Assembly (NCBI GenBank): GCA_001687465.1
Contig: LVLI01000305.1
Span: 1 to 64,000, forward strand
Length of the DNA: 64,000 nucleotides
Direction: 5' to 3'
From: Halocafeteria seosinensis
Taxonomy: Eukaryota
Shown: positions 63,363 through 64,000 of the stretch, piece by piece
Layout: each line of letters begins with the position of its first letter
Position numbering within the stretch: the stretch's first letter is position 1
Made by a program: the position numbers and the translations under genes
Notes under the pieces: model-generated
Told to the model about the DNA's origin: nothing
Seen by the model: the letters and a program-made list of their open reading frames with translations, nothing else
The model's database searches: none

Positions 63363-64000
63363 ATGTCGAGTGCCAAAGGAAGAGGAGCCCAAAATGCGGC
63401 AGACGATATTGATGCTCGTGAGAGCATGCAGGGGGAGATCTACAAGGTTTCCGGTCCACGTAAGTATTCACGCCCATTGAATCTTTGTTGAGCGAAGCGG
63501 AAGGTCCCACTAAAAAAGGAGGGCAATGGAACGAACGGGAGTGTAGAACGAATCCTTGCTGGGAACACATACTCTTCATGTTGCATCTTGTATGGTAAAC
63601 CATTTCCTATATTCGCGTTACTCGTGGATAATCGCAGTGGTTGTGGCGGACAAGATGAGTGGAGCTTCTATGTACGAGCTTGTCCGTGTCGGGAAACAGA
63701 ATCTTGTGGGAGAAATCATTAAGCTGGAAGGAGATACCGCTAGTATTCAGTGTTACGAGGACACATGTAAGTAGCCGTGTGGAGGCTTATATAACTAATA
63801 ATTGGTAGTTTTCAACTTGGCGTGTTTTGTACTCACTCTTAACAGCTGGTCTCATGGTAGGCGATGTGGTCGGAAGAACTATGGCGCCACTTTCCGTGGA
63901 ACTCGGCCCCGGAATCATGGACAATATCTTTGATGGTATCCAACGACCTCTCGAAGACATCTGGACAGGAGCGGACAAGTCTCCATACGTACCCCTAGGT
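63363..64000 (+). CDS. VMA1: V-type ATPase V1 catalytic subunit A, 5' part (runs off the right edge)
   Basis: [27 protein letters not shown]...[27 protein letters not shown]...[22 protein letters not shown]. Confidence 0.95.

Noticed and set aside
62762..63603. ORFs of 88-160 aa in the V-ATPase spacer
   Set aside because: GC-rich, stop-poor by-products with no protein-like features; they overlap real exons or the fold-back element
1..64000. CRISPR arrays, tRNA, rRNA, riboswitch or hammerhead motifs, alternative genetic code
   Set aside because: No regularly spaced repeats or diagnostic motifs found by eye; ORF breaks are explained by canonical introns, and TAA, TAG and TGA all serve as stops

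Overview
Gene-dense, intron-containing nuclear DNA from a compact-genome microbial eukaryote. Introns are short GT-AG, mostly ~50-100 nt. Kinesin-2 and a p25alpha-type protein suggest a flagellate; a stramenopile-like protist is my inference, not proven. About 25 protein genes are supported: PEX1, kinesin-2, U1A/U2B'', BRR2, TFB5 (missed by the ORF track), DPY30, nucleoside hydrolase, two tandem cyclin-J-like genes, Rid/YjgF, PIG-L, organellar MutS, STE24, WEE1, BRAP2, GRP94, SNAPC3, a TPPP/p25alpha-like protein, PLEKHD1-like, mitoferrin, ZNHIT2, V-ATPase subunits a and A, plus several hypotheticals. A non-LTR retroelement fragment sits at the left edge. No tRNA, rRNA or CRISPR was recognised. 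Notable observations: (i) a ~260-nt GC-rich nested inverted-repeat element, a candidate structured RNA, between the head-to-head V-ATPase a/A genes; (ii) head-to-head pairing of functionally linked genes; (iii) E2F/CDE-like plus CHR-like (TTTGAA) modules upstream of the cell-cycle genes; (iv) convergent stop codons only 6-24 bp apart. I cannot claim a proven new system from sequence alone. All family assignments are from motif recognition, not database searches.
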